Made by a program: the position numbers and the translations under genes. Below are positions 1 through 10,549 of a DNA stretch of 64,000 nucleotides, piece after piece (the first letter of the stretch is position 1; the number at the start of each line of letters is the position of its first letter). The notes below the pieces were generated by a model. It was not told where the DNA came from and did no database searches. It worked only from the letters and a program-made list of their open reading frames with translations. This DNA is from a virus. The DNA is taken from IMG/VR virus record IMGVR_UViG_3300001688_000312. One strand, 5' to 3'.

Positions 1-931
1 AACATGGATTATGGTATTATGTTTTTTTGGGTTACGGGGTATTTTTTAATATATGGGTTGAAAAGCAGAAAGCTTGTATTAAACAGGAAACTTTACGGAA
101 AATAACTGAAAGTCGTAAAAAAATCGATGAGTTTATTAACTAATTTTCTTATTTGTTTTTATTTATATAAAACCCCTATGTATGTTTATGTATGGTATCT
201 TGTTTATTAATAAACCGTGACTTACCTACTTCGAAGCCTGATTCAGTCCTGTTCTCTCTAATCGCCTCTTTTTGGGCTTCTTTTGACCACTTGATGGTCT
301 TTACGTAGCCGTTTATGTTCGAACGGAAACTTTGCTGTTTATGCATGTCTTCTATCTTACACCTTCCTATTACTGTTTACATAGTTAATCCTATCCTATT
401 TCGATGAGTGGTATAATGTGACCATAATTTATAAATATTGTTGACAATAGTTTACTCCTAAATTTTTGATATATAAAAAAACAAAGTTTCATTATAGTAA
501 CATATATATGTAGGCGTATATATGCACGTTATGGGTGAATTGAGTGAAAACATACGGATTTATCACGGATGAAAATAATGTAATAGATATAGACGCTAAA
601 ACGCCTAGTGAAGCCTACGAGATGGCTTCTATAATTGCAAAGATTACAGGAAAAAACTTAACTAAAAAATACGTGCGATATAATCAATACGGCACGGCTA
701 GAACGATAAGAACATTAGATTAATCGATAGGTTTATATTACGTAATTGATATTAGTCTATTGAGGATGATATGACATGAGTATTCAAAAAGATAGTTGGA
801 TTATAGTTAAAGAGAAACTTAGAGCTAAAGGTTTTAATGAGCATCAAATACTGCAAGTTTATGACTGTATTAGTGAAGTGGCAATTGAGAAAGGCGTAAA
901 ATATTTAAGGCTATAGAGGTGAATGTAAAAT

Positions 932-1126
932 ATGAGAAGTACTGAAATATTAAATGAATTAATTGACCTTCGTGCTTCAATGCGTAAGTATTGTCCTGAA
1001 GACAGTACCCCCATGATTGAAGTTAGCCGATTGATAAGTGAAATTAATGACAATATCAGACGTGAGGAAGAAGCTGCTGAACGTGCCGATTATCTAGCAG
1101 ATTTAGGTAAGAAAGGCGACATTTAA
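932..1126 (+). CDS. small hypothetical early protein
   Basis: 64 aa ORF with GAGGTG RBS upstream. Confidence 0.6.
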   Translation: MRSTEILNELIDLRASMRKYCPEDSTPMIEVSRLISEINDNIRREEEAAERADYLADLGKKGDI

Positions 1127-1184
1127 GAGTAACCATTATCTTTATATACTACCTTACCTACTATATTTTTGTGAGGTTAAGAAT

Positions 1185-1511
1185 ATGGTACAAAAATTCT
1201 GGATATGTCGGATGAAGTATAAATGGAGTGTTCTAGGTAAAGTATATTCATCGAGTACAACTTTACGGTATAGCAATGAGGATGAATTAAAATTAATCCA
1301 AGAAGAACGTAAACTATTAGGCTACTATGATTTTGAAATATCCCACATAAAACTTATTGTAGAAAATAAATGTTCTGTGTGTGGTCAAAGTTTCCGTGAG
1401 GTTAAAGAGCGTCTTCGTGGTGAACCTGAAGAGGAAATAATAGAATCTGCCATGTTGCAACTTAATAATAACATGCAGGAACATGAAGAGATGGCTCACC
1501 TAAAACCTTGA
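1185..1511 (+). CDS. hypothetical early protein
   Basis: TTTATATA box at ~1141 and GAGGTTAAG RBS before ATG; one CxxC. Confidence 0.7.
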   Translation: MVQKFWICRMKYKWSVLGKVYSSSTTLRYSNEDELKLIQEERKLLGYYDFEISHIKLIVENKCSVCGQSFREVKERLRGEPEEEIIESAMLQLNNNMQEHEEMAHLKP

Positions 1512-1516
1512 GTACA

Positions 1517-1601
1517 TCTCTCTATACTATTATCCTTCTCTATACTATCCTTCTATACTTATATCCTATATTATTTTTCTATATCATTATCCTTCTCTAT
1601 A
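1517..1601. repeat. degenerate pyrimidine-rich tandem repeat (ATCCTTCTCTATACT-like)
   Basis: several imperfect copies of TATCCTTCTCTATA in an intergenic gap. Confidence 0.6.
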
Positions 1602-1744
1602 TTAACAATATAAGTGGCGAATCAGCAAGTGACAGGTAAACTTGTATATTATTTTGCCCATTTCTACTAAATGTTATAATATGAAGTGGGACAGATAAGT
1701 TTATATTCTTTTCTGTCTTTATCTATAGGTAGAGGTTGAATGAT

Positions 1745-2275
1745 ATGACAAGCAAATATAGTATAAGTGTAAACGATTGGCAAGATGAACAATGGGAACA
1801 TATTGGAGTAGACGTAATGTATGGACATTATGTTAATTCCAGAAGTATAAAGAGGGAAGCTAAAGATTATAATATTGACGTTGATGATTTGGCTAGAGAA
1901 AGGTCGGATAGTCATTATCCAATGATGCTTTATGCGTATCCGCTATACAGCGAACCATCCGAACAAGAAATAATTGATGTCTGCACTAAAACTAACTGTA
2001 CGGTGGTTAAGAATAACGAGACTGATGAGTGTTTTTTGGCTCTTAGTGGTGGCGGTATGGATTTAAGTCAAGATATAGGGTTAGCTTATATGCTTTGTGG
2101 TGAACGTATTCCATCGGCGTTAGCTTATAATATTTCTACGCAAGCTAGCTTAAGTATCAGTAAAAAAGACTTTAAGAAGGTTATGTGTGAAGTTAAACGT
2201 GTCCTTAGAGCCGATATAATTAACTACCGTGAACATATTAAACGTGTAGATGCTGAACTTAAATCGTTAAGATAG
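1745..2275 (+). CDS. conserved phage-type hypothetical protein
   Basis: own TATA and GAGG RBS; ALSGGGMDLS..I..AY motif recalled from uncharacterised phage early proteins; start moved to ATG 1745. Confidence 0.7.
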   Translation: MTSKYSISVNDWQDEQWEHIGVDVMYGHYVNSRSIKREAKDYNIDVDDLARERSDSHYPMMLYAYPLYSEPSEQEIIDVCTKTNCTVVKNNETDECFLALSGGGMDLSQDIGLAYMLCGERIPSALAYNISTQASLSISKKDFKKVMCEVKRVLRADIINYREHIKRVDAELKSLR

Positions 2276-2573
2276 AAAACTAAATAATCACTACTTTTTT
2301 ATATTTCTTTGTTATTATTATATGTTGAAGGTTGATGTGACATGACTGACTATTATCTTATTTGTAGCGTATTCAATGGAGATGATTATTAAATGATTAT
2401 TAAAGTTAAAGACGGCGATGAAATACAGGTAATGTATAGTGAACCTATAAAAACCATATTTCAAAACGCCATTGAATGTTGGAAGATAGCAGAGAACTAT
2501 ATAGTTGAAGATGGCAAAATAATATATAATGGTTCGAGATATAGCGTAAATAAACCTAAAGGTGTAAATTGAT

Positions 2574-2759
2574 ATGACTGATATTTATTTTAACCGTGCA
2601 GTATTGGTTAAGGGTACAACTAAGCTTACAAGAGAAAGAATTAAGGTAAGAGAACTGACTATTGTCGAATCTGGACAGGACGGCGAATATATCTGGATAG
2701 ATATGACGCTAGAGGACGGCAGTAAATATCAAACAGGAAACTTTAAGAATGTGGCTTAA
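2574..2759 (+). CDS. hypothetical protein
   Basis: 61 aa ORF, AGGTG RBS, coupled to next ORF. Confidence 0.6.
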   Translation: MTDIYFNRAVLVKGTTKLTRERIKVRELTIVESGQDGEYIWIDMTLEDGSKYQTGNFKNVA

Positions 2760-2760
2760 T

Positions 2761-3150
2761 ATGGATGCTCCTAAACTTAAACTTGTATGTAAATATCATA
2801 CTACCACTGAACTTGTTCCTTTAGAAGAACATGATGATTCTATTGATATGCGTTGGCTTCCATCTGACAATAACCCTAAAGATTTTCTTAAATGCCCAAT
2901 ATGTAGATGTGTAATGAAGGTCGAAACTGCTAGAAAGAACGCTTTGTGGCATCTTATGGAATTTGTTAATGAAGAGAGAACTTTTGTGGTTAACGTTAAA
3001 TATTGGGATTTACGTGAAGAGATTACCAAAGAAGTTCTTAACCGTTCAGGTTGGAAGTGGAAACTTAAACATACAATTCCTGAAGATACACCTGATATAG
3101 GTTGTCCATCGTCATGGTTCTTTATAGTTATAGAGAAGACAAAAAAGTAA
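2761..3150 (+). CDS. hypothetical protein with possible Zn ribbon
   Basis: CxxH...CPIC motifs; ATG immediately after upstream stop. Confidence 0.6.
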   Translation: MDAPKLKLVCKYHTTTELVPLEEHDDSIDMRWLPSDNNPKDFLKCPICRCVMKVETARKNALWHLMEFVNEERTFVVNVKYWDLREEITKEVLNRSGWKWKLKHTIPEDTPDIGCPSSWFFIVIEKTKK

Positions 3151-3196
3151 CCCTCATATACTCCTTTTCTTATTATACCTGTGAGGTTGATATGAA

Positions 3197-3610
3197 ATGA
3201 AAAAGACATGGGTACATACTAATCCAGAAACTTTAGAAACTTACCGTTTCGGTGAAGATGAAAACGGAACAATTCACACATTAGCGTTTTTAGGCTGTAA
3301 ATGCCCTAGTGGTAAATTGGTAAAGCCAACGGCAACTGATATATCTGAAGGAAAAGTATTTTCTTTATATGGCGTTATGGTTAGAAGGGAACAGAATATT
3401 TCGTCAGTTACCGATTTAATACGTATAACGTTAGAAAAAGACGGTAGAATTCTACATGATGCTGAATGCGATGAAATAGAGGATACCGTGAGAAGTAGCA
3501 TATTTCATTCTAGTCTTGATTGGCAAACTAAAAGACAGTTAATGTGGGCGATTAGAGAAGCTGATAAAATAAATCAGGAATTAAAGAAAGAAGACGAGAA
3601 CCTATTATAA
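3197..3610 (+). CDS. hypothetical early protein
   Basis: 137 aa ORF with GTGAGGT RBS. Confidence 0.65.
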   Translation: MKKTWVHTNPETLETYRFGEDENGTIHTLAFLGCKCPSGKLVKPTATDISEGKVFSLYGVMVRREQNISSVTDLIRITLEKDGRILHDAECDEIEDTVRSSIFHSSLDWQTKRQLMWAIREADKINQELKKEDENLL

Positions 3611-3734
3611 TTGAATAGGTAAATTTAAATTTTTATTTATATATGAAAATGAAAATTTTGGTGAAATATAGATTTAAATTTTATGTAAAGGTTTATTAAC
3701 TACTACACTATTATATTATTTGAGGTTAAAGAAT

Positions 3735-4265
3735 ATGAATAAAATAAAAGTAAGTGAACTAACAATATTTGATTTACTTAAAGAAGCATTCTCAATCCCA
3801 GACGGATGGAAAGAAGAAGTCTACGTACAAAACGGCGAAGTATCCTTCTCGTCACCCATAACACAGAACACTCATACAGGCATAGACGCATACACCCCAC
3901 TTCCAGAATATGTTGGTGATTTACAAGCACTCAACATAAGCGACTTTGAAGGTTATTACGAACAAGAAAACGGAACAGTCTATGTTGACAGTGAAATCTT
4001 AACCCGTGAAGAAGCAATAGATGCAATCACAACAACATATCAAGAAGACTACCAACCTAACGAGCGTGACGCAAACCGCGACCCAATACTAAAACTATAT
4101 TACGATATTCTTCACCCAAAGGCAGTTTTTAAAGATGATGCTGTTCGTTGTGAATGGTGTGGAGTAGAGGTTTGGAGCGATGTCGATTGCGATTGTGGTA
4201 TAGACGGCGATGAACATGAAGGTATAGAAGAAGCGTATGAGCAGAAAAAAACAAGCAGAATTTGA
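3735..4265 (+). CDS. acidic hypothetical protein with C-terminal Cys cluster
   Basis: TTTATTAA box and GAGGTTAAAG RBS; CEWC...CDC; start moved to ATG 3735. Confidence 0.7.
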   Translation: MNKIKVSELTIFDLLKEAFSIPDGWKEEVYVQNGEVSFSSPITQNTHTGIDAYTPLPEYVGDLQALNISDFEGYYEQENGTVYVDSEILTREEAIDAITTTYQEDYQPNERDANRDPILKLYYDILHPKAVFKDDAVRCEWCGVEVWSDVDCDCGIDGDEHEGIEEAYEQKKTSRI

Positions 4266-4276
4266 GGTGTATTTGA

Positions 4277-4483
4277 ATGAGTAAAATAAGAAAGGTTACT
4301 GTATTAATCGAATATCCTGATAAAAGAACTGAAGAATGCCTATTTGAGGTAACGGATGATTCAAGTGATGTTCTTTTGGTTGCTTGTCCTATTTGTGGCA
4401 ATGAAATTGAATTAGTATACGGAAAAAACTGCGCTAATGGACATATAGCATATACCATTATTGATGGGGAAGATATAAATTGA
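4277..4483 (+). CDS. small Zn-ribbon protein
   Basis: GAGGTG RBS; CPIC...CxxxH. Confidence 0.6.
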   Translation: MSKIRKVTVLIEYPDKRTEECLFEVTDDSSDVLLVACPICGNEIELVYGKNCANGHIAYTIIDGEDIN

Positions 4484-4737
4484 CTGTTGTTTGGGCTGAA
4501 ACGAAACATCATCGTTTTATAATTCTTGAAGATGGAGAAAAAACAATCTGGGGCGGTGAAATAACGGATAATGGCATGAAAAAGATTGTTGATGTATTAG
4601 ATAAAGCTTTTGGTGTACTAAAACAGAAATGGGACGGTGCGGAATTAACGTTAACGTTTGAAGATGACGTTATTTATGCTGATATTGAACCTATCCTTAT
4701 AGATTTGGCGGAAAAAATTGAAATAAAAAGACTGTGA
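4480..4737 (+). CDS. hypothetical protein
   Basis: TTG start overlapping upstream stop (TTGA). Confidence 0.55.
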   Translation: MTVVWAETKHHRFIILEDGEKTIWGGEITDNGMKKIVDVLDKAFGVLKQKWDGAELTLTFEDDVIYADIEPILIDLAEKIEIKRL

Positions 4738-4743
4738 TTATTA

Positions 4744-4884
4744 ATGAAGCTTAAATGTCCATACTGTGATAACCTGTTTACGGTTACTGATGTGGTTGCC
4801 CTTAAACGTTTACGTGCTGGCGTTACTGTACCTTGTTCTAGTTGTGGTAGAAAGGTAGGTAAACGTAGTGAAGTTAGGGATTGA
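4744..4884 (+). CDS. 46 aa Zn-ribbon microprotein (not in ORF track)
   Basis: MKLKCPYC...VPCSSCGRK, two CxxC motifs. Confidence 0.65.
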   Translation: MKLKCPYCDNLFTVTDVVALKRLRAGVTVPCSSCGRKVGKRSEVRD

Positions 4885-5395
4885 AACAATATGTCGGCTC
4901 AGAGTAGAACGTTCATAAACGAAAACTTGGTGCTGTTCATAAGTGTTCCTGATGGCTTAAATAGTTCATATGATTTTTATAATCCTCTTGGTAGTATAGA
5001 CGGTAATAAGGATATACTTAATATCATAGATATTGTTAAGAAGAAGGAGAAATATTAGATGGTCGATGTTAATTTCACTAAAGTTAAAAATCGAATCGGC
5101 GGCGAATACATTATCGTTTATGAATCAGGCTGTATTAAAACCCCTCTTCTCATACTTGATAAAAATTCAATAGAATCTCTTATTAAAGAATGGAATAAAA
5201 AGTGAGGCTGATATGCATGGAAGACGGTAAAACATTTAAGTATAGTGAAATGTCTCTTGAGGACTTAAAGAAATACTTTGAAGCATTATACTATAAGGGT
5301 GATAAATCGCCTATGGATTTAATTGTTATTGATGCTATGATTGAAGAGTTTTATAGGCATAAACTTAAGCCGTGCCTTAAAATGCATTATGTGGA

Positions 5396-5622
5396 GATAG
5401 ATAATAATTAAATAGATAGATAATAATTAAATAGATAGATAATAATTAAATAGATAGATAGGTAAGTAATACTTATGTAGGTAGTAAATATAAATATATA
5501 AATATATATTAGGTAATTAATATATATAGGTAAGTAATACTTATACAGGTAGTAAATATATAGGTAATTAATACTTATAAAGATAATAGGTAATTAATAT
5601 TTATAGGTAAGTAATATATAGG
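5396..5622. repeat. AT-rich tandem repeats
   Basis: three perfect 19 bp units GATAGATAATAATTAAATA (5396-5460), then degenerate AGGTAA(G/T)TAATACTTAT units. Confidence 0.85.
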
Positions 5623-5694
5623 TCGTAAACTATCCGCTTTTTGCCTATTTAAATGTCTTCGGTTAGGGAAGTTTACTATGTATACTTGGTGTGT

Positions 5695-5740
5695 TTTTTA
5701 CACTTGGTTTACTTTTTACACCAGTGTACTTTTTACACCG
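5695..5740. repeat. three iteron-like TTTTTACAC copies
   Basis: copies at ~5695, ~5713, ~5730 with ~17-18 bp spacing. Confidence 0.6.
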
Positions 5741-5809
5741 CCTATTAATTATCGTATTTACCCCTAAGTTTATATATCTCCTGTATATACTATATTAAGG
5801 TAATATAAT

Positions 5810-6019
5810 ATGATAATAAACGGTACTAAATTAAACAGATGGATATATGTCAGTATAGTTCTTTCTGTGGGTTTGATAATATTAACGTTATATACTATAT
5901 GGATAGGTGGAACTGTTCCTCAAGAATATATTACTAAACTTACTGGTACAGGTATGGTAATGTTCCTAGTTGTGTTTATATCCATGTTTTTATCACTATT
6001 AGAGGTAAATAAAATCTAA
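5810..6019 (+). CDS. small two-TM membrane protein
   Basis: two hydrophobic stretches; TATA at ~5769. Confidence 0.7.
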   Translation: MIINGTKLNRWIYVSIVLSVGLIILTLYTIWIGGTVPQEYITKLTGTGMVMFLVVFISMFLSLLEVNKI

Positions 6020-6365
6020 AATACTCCCTACCCCTTTAGGATTTCGCAAAGTTATTTAGGCAGGTCTAAAAATTGGGTGATATTTATCCTTTAAGCCGAG
6101 AAGAAGCACAGGTAATTATAGATTTAATGAATTGGCTGCATAGAATTGGTATGTTAAAGCATAGTGAGAAAGAAATTCAGCTTAAGTTAGAAACCTTTAT
6201 TAAGGACAAATAGTATATTATGTGTATGCGTTGGCTATATACCGCCCTATGGTTTGGTATAGAGGGGGAAGGTGAGGGAGTGAAGTTAGCCTCACTTTTT
6301 CTCCCTATAAAATGTTTATGTAAGTCCCTATGTGCAGTGTATGTGGTATTATGCTTTAGTCGACA

Positions 6366-6520
6366 CCGCAACCTTTATATATAGGAGGGTTCACCGCAAC
6401 CTTTATATACCTACCGCCTACCGAAAGCCTTATATAGTCTTGCGGCTAGCCCTTATATACCCTATTATGGTAGGTTTATATAGGGTAGTATATAAACCGT
6501 AAGCTAGACAGTATATATAC
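6366..6520 (+). promoter_or_regulatory. tandem array of BRE-TATA-like elements with no downstream ORF
   Basis: CCGCAACCTTTATATA x2, CCGAAAGCCTTATATA, CCCTTATATA, GGTTTATATA and others at ~24-28 bp spacing. Confidence 0.7.
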
Positions 6521-6725
6521 CTTGTTAGACTTTTCGGTATCGTAAATATTAATACACCGTAACGGTGTCCAGTTTACCCTTAAATGCTTTAACCATGCTG
6601 TGGGGTATAACGTCTAAAAGGTATATAAGCATATCTACCCAAAAAATATTAGCAGTGTTACCATAATACGTGTAGGTAAGTATATATAGGTCGGTCTTAT
6701 TATGGTACCAATGGATGATTAATAT

Positions 6726-6809
6726 AAAAAAAGTGGAGTGGAAACAAAGCCGCTTCAACTCCACATAAACTAGTAACGTGCGGCAACAAGTAATATCTCC
6801 TTCACGGAC
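6726..6809 (-). ncRNA. putative small RNA unit 1 (3' hairpin plus U-tract)
   Basis: TTTATATA box at 6839-6832, predicted +1 G 30 nt downstream, hairpin GTGGAGTTGAAGC-6nt-GTTTCCACTCCAC, T7 tract. Confidence 0.55.
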
Positions 6810-6912
6810 AAATACGTTATAGGCATCGACCTATATAAACCTTCACGTACAGAAGTGTACACGAACCTTTATATACTGCGTTTGACTTATGTTACCAATG
6901 GTTGTTATTTAT

Positions 6913-6994
6913 AAAAAAAATGGTGTGGAAACGCCACTGTTTCAACTCCACATAAAATCATAAAATGTGTGTTCAGGTATATTGCTTTAGCAGC
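6913..6994 (-). ncRNA. putative small RNA unit 2, paralogue of unit 1
   Basis: TTTAAATA box at 7024-7017, predicted +1 G 30 nt downstream, hairpin TGGAGTTGAAAC-6nt-GTTTCCACACCA, T8 tract. Confidence 0.55.
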
Positions 6995-7641
6995 AAATTA
7001 TGTATATGCACCGAAGTATTTAAACCCTACTGTGGAAAACTTTGCGATTTAAGCGTTTACAGCTAGCCCTACACTTTTTACGGCTGTTAAATATTAATCA
7101 AAACATTAATTGTTATGTATCAGATTTAACTTTTAATTTTTCTTGAGCTAGAGTGGAAATTAAATTTTTTTTAAATAAAATTGCATATTAAACATATTTA
7201 ACTGCAAGTTAACTTTACACTTTAAAACCTCGAAATAACTCGAAGCCTAAACGATGGACTTTTCCATACACCATTCGACACATTTCGGGAAACTTTACGT
7301 TATTCTACATTTTATATTATTATAATATTTTATATTATTCTATATTTTATCGGTTATACACCGTTTACCCTTAACCGACATATTTATTAACTTGGTCTAT
7401 ATTACATGGTACTATAAGAGGTTAAAGATATATGCAAATGACTTTAAATAAAATTGTGGAGTTCCTTAAGAACTGTCAAACTGATAGCGATTTAGCCGAG
7501 ATATTAATTACATGCAAAGACGGCTCGGCGTTACGCTGTACAGTATACGATAAAGACACGTTCGAAGTGTTCTTTAGAACTTAACAGTAAGGTTTATATT
7601 CACCCTTACTATTTATCCTTATTTATAAGAGGTTAAAAGAC

Positions 7642-7860
7642 ATGTGGGAACGTATATCAATAGACAAATTTAGGAACGAGCATGGTTATGAAGTATATAT
7701 TGAAGCCCAAATTGAGAATGAGTACGAAACGGGTAAATTTGAGTTAAATATATATCTAGCTGAAGGTGGATATTGGGAGATAATAGAGGTTTATAACACA
7801 TTTAATGAAGCTATAATTGCTCTAGAACAATATGTTAAAGATAACCCAAACGTCTATTAA
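7642..7860 (+). CDS. small acidic early protein
   Basis: GAGGTTAAAAGAC-ATG cassette start. Confidence 0.7.
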   Translation: MWERISIDKFRNEHGYEVYIEAQIENEYETGKFELNIYLAEGGYWEIIEVYNTFNEAIIALEQYVKDNPNVY

Positions 7861-7914
7861 CGAAATGCTTATTAATAAGTTCCTATATTACTTTATTATA
7901 AGAGGTTTAAAGAC

Positions 7915-8229
7915 ATGAACACAAAAAAACTCATACAGAAAACAGAGCAAGAAATAGCAAATGAAGCCCAAGAAACCTTAGACTTCAACTTCCGCAATGA
8001 AGTAGAAATCCACCAAGAATCTATAGGTGACTACACGTACTATGTTGTGGAGTTTGACGGTTATTCTATGGCGCAATTCGGCACTGAGGAAGAAGCAAAA
8101 CACTTTGTTGAACGGGTAGAGTGGCGAGTCACAAAGCTTTTTGATGGGCGTTTTCAACCTGAATATTGGAACAGCCAAAAAGGCGAATGGGTTGACTGGG
8201 GCGAAGCTGTCCCAGCAAAAGACCTGTAG
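7915..8229 (+). CDS. acidic early protein
   Basis: TATA-like box and GAGGTTTAAAGAC-ATG. Confidence 0.7.
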   Translation: MNTKKLIQKTEQEIANEAQETLDFNFRNEVEIHQESIGDYTYYVVEFDGYSMAQFGTEEEAKHFVERVEWRVTKLFDGRFQPEYWNSQKGEWVDWGEAVPAKDL

Positions 8230-8239
8230 GTGAACATAT

Positions 8240-8422
8240 ATGCAGAAAACAGAAAACTTAAAAAATAAAGTTCAACCTACAACAATCATTTTTAGATATT
8301 TTGACTTAACCGTAAACAACAACAAAGATGTCCAAAAATTTATAAAAGAGCTGGACACTCTATGCGATAAATATGCAGTAGCACAATCAACAGTAAATTA
8401 TAGTTATATCACGGAGCAATAA
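8240..8422 (+). CDS. hypothetical protein
   Basis: AGGTGA RBS, followed by T-rich terminator-like tract. Confidence 0.6.
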   Translation: MQKTENLKNKVQPTTIIFRYFDLTVNNNKDVQKFIKELDTLCDKYAVAQSTVNYSYITEQ

Positions 8423-8629
8423 AACGCAAAAACAGAACATAGCCTAAACCCTTTTTCTTTATTTTCTTTATTATTTTATTGTCGGTATTGGCTTTTATGA
8501 ATTCGACTGGCTCGTATTTTATATAGCCCCATATAAAGGTTTCAGCTTATTTTTGTTATGTGGGTTGCTCTATATTCCCTTTGCGGTAATTAACTCTATA
8601 TAGAATGATATATAAAAAGGTTGTGGAGT

Positions 8630-8794
8630 TTATTCGTTAAATATTTGTGGATTGTCTTCACATAAGTATTTAAATCTACAATTTGGACAATCACTACAGC
8701 ATACGCATTCTAGCATGTCCTGTATATCTTTTACAGTTTTATCCAAGTCTTTTTGTATGTTTGCTTTAACTTTATTAAACCTATTAGTAGTCAT
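8630..8794 (-). CDS. 54 aa Cys-rich microprotein (not in ORF track)
   Basis: MTTNRFNK...ECVCCSDCPNCRFKYLC; GAGGTT RBS and minus-strand TATA at ~8828-8835. Confidence 0.6.
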   Translation of the reverse strand: MTTNRFNKVKANIQKDLDKTVKDIQDMLECVCCSDCPNCRFKYLCEDNPQIFNE

Positions 8795-8912
8795 ATTTTA
8801 ACCTCATACTTATAATGTATATCCCTATATATAAACTTTATATTTACCCCTAAACGTTACCGATAACTTTATTAAGTATATTGACGTTATACCATTTCAG
8901 AGGTTAAAAGAT

Positions 8913-9344
8913 ATGCAAATAAGTAATGTAACAATGGAAGATATGAGTCAGGCACTTAAAGAACTTAACTTAAAATATGACGGCAACATAGAATATAAAC
9001 GCCTAGAACATAGAGGACATAAAATAATTTTTACCCTTAAAGTTAAAGGTGGATTAAAACCTAAAGACGGCATAGTTAAGGGTGCAGCTATTAATCAAAA
9101 TACTGAAAGGCGTACAGGTGCAGCCTGTTGGCATTCACACGGTGACCTATTTGAAATAATTTTAAATATGTGTCCTGAAGCTGTTATCACTAGTATATAT
9201 AGTACTATTGATAAGGATGGTGGTAATTGGACTGATTTTAAGTTAGGTTCGGTGATGTATCCCTATTATGCTAGTGAAGCATGTAACTGTTCATTGTGGG
9301 ATGACCCACACAGCCCCGAAGCTGAAGCTGAACAGAACTGGTAA
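8913..9344 (+). CDS. conserved phage-type hypothetical protein
   Basis: promoter-RBS cassette; RR..AACWH.H motif. Confidence 0.7.
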   Translation: MQISNVTMEDMSQALKELNLKYDGNIEYKRLEHRGHKIIFTLKVKGGLKPKDGIVKGAAINQNTERRTGAACWHSHGDLFEIILNMCPEAVITSIYSTIDKDGGNWTDFKLGSVMYPYYASEACNCSLWDDPHSPEAEAEQNW

Positions 9345-9473
9345 CAGCCTTATTTTATCTTTTTATATGTTTTTTCAGCTTTTTTTAGTATATTAACTTA
9401 TATTTACAGGTTATTTTAGATAGTAATGTTTATATGTAAATACCTTATTATATGTTATATGAGGTTAAAAACT

Positions 9474-9653
9474 TTGACGTTAAACGAAACTGAAATAGAA
9501 CAAATAAAAAAAGAGTTAACCCAATACGATAAGGAAGGGCGTAGATTTTACTTCTTTGGATTCTGCCGTGGCTTAATTGGCATGCCTAAAAATGAAGCAT
9601 ACGACATAATACATGAAGTTATAAATATTATTACAGAAATAGAACAGAAATAA
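9474..9653 (+). CDS. hypothetical early protein
   Basis: GAGGTTAAAA RBS before TTG 9474. Confidence 0.55.
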   Translation: MTLNETEIEQIKKELTQYDKEGRRFYFFGFCRGLIGMPKNEAYDIIHEVINIITEIEQK

Positions 9654-10028
9654 TTTTATTTTTGTTATCCCCCAACATTTAAATATAAGCTCCCCATTAT
9701 ATCATATACAGAGGTTGAATAGACATGAACGAAACGGAAATAAATAAAATATTAAATATATTAAACGAATTAGACGGTTGCGGCTTAGTTATAACTGATG
9801 ATGACTTAATAAGAGAAATTCTCAAAGACCTGTAAAGCTGTGATATATAATGTATAAAAAAAGTTGGCTGCAAACAAAAACTAAGAACCAAATTAAAAAG
9901 ATAGCTGGAAACTTAGGCATACCAGTTAAAGGCTTAAGCACGGCTGCAATCATAAACAAAATCGTTAAAGCCTAGACCGATAGGCTTATATACTTCTTTA
10001 CCCTATATTATTTTTAGAGGTAAATGAC

Positions 10029-10136
10029 ATGGAGTTAAATGAAGAAAAATGTGAATGTTGCGGTAGACCGTACCCGTTAAGTGAACTAGAACTTTATGAT
10101 GGTTTATGTTCTGAATGTGCAGGAATGACGGACTAA
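10029..10136 (+). CDS. 35 aa Zn-finger microprotein (not in ORF track)
   Basis: MELNEEKCECCGR...GLCSEC; own TATA and GAGGT RBS. Confidence 0.65.
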   Translation: MELNEEKCECCGRPYPLSELELYDGLCSECAGMTD

Positions 10137-10255
10137 TAGCCCATGCTTCTAAGCAGGTGGTCAAGCTGCCTTTACCGTTACATTCTCCAAAACATTATAA
10201 TAACAATATACTATATAAACGCTTCTATAGGGAACTTTGACAAAAAAAGAAAAGT

Positions 10256-10438
10256 TTAGGATTCGATAATAACTATTTTATCGAATATAGCTTTAGGTGT
10301 GTCGCCTGTTTCTAGTAGGAATGCTTCAATCTGTTTTTTAGGCATTGTTAAAGTTAAAGTTAATTTGTTTGTTTTCGCATCCTCAAATAGAACAGCTTTA
10401 ACGTTTTGCTTTAAATCTTTAGTTAACTGTGTTCTCAT
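10256..10438 (-). CDS. small early protein
   Basis: minus-strand TATA and GAGGTTAAG RBS; weak similarity to the 57 aa minus-strand ORF at ~16346-16519. Confidence 0.65.
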   Translation of the reverse strand: MRTQLTKDLKQNVKAVLFEDAKTNKLTLTLTMPKKQIEAFLLETGDTPKAIFDKIVIIES

Positions 10439-10549
10439 GTTCTTAACCTCTACTATACATATAATAAGGTGCGTGTATATAAACGTTACTTAAAAGAAGA
10501 ATTTTAGGGAAAAAATAAAGAAGGTTAAGGGTTAAAATAGGGTAATAGT

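Noticed and set aside
6177..6764. ORFs 6177-6371 and 6549-6764 (and similarly 13531-13713)
   Set aside because: They run across promoter arrays and sRNA-like units, lack the RBS signature and have low-complexity translations.
5396..7030. CRISPR array
   Set aside because: No run of identical 24-40 bp repeats with unique ~30-40 bp spacers; only two repeat-like hairpins, and no cas genes in the window.
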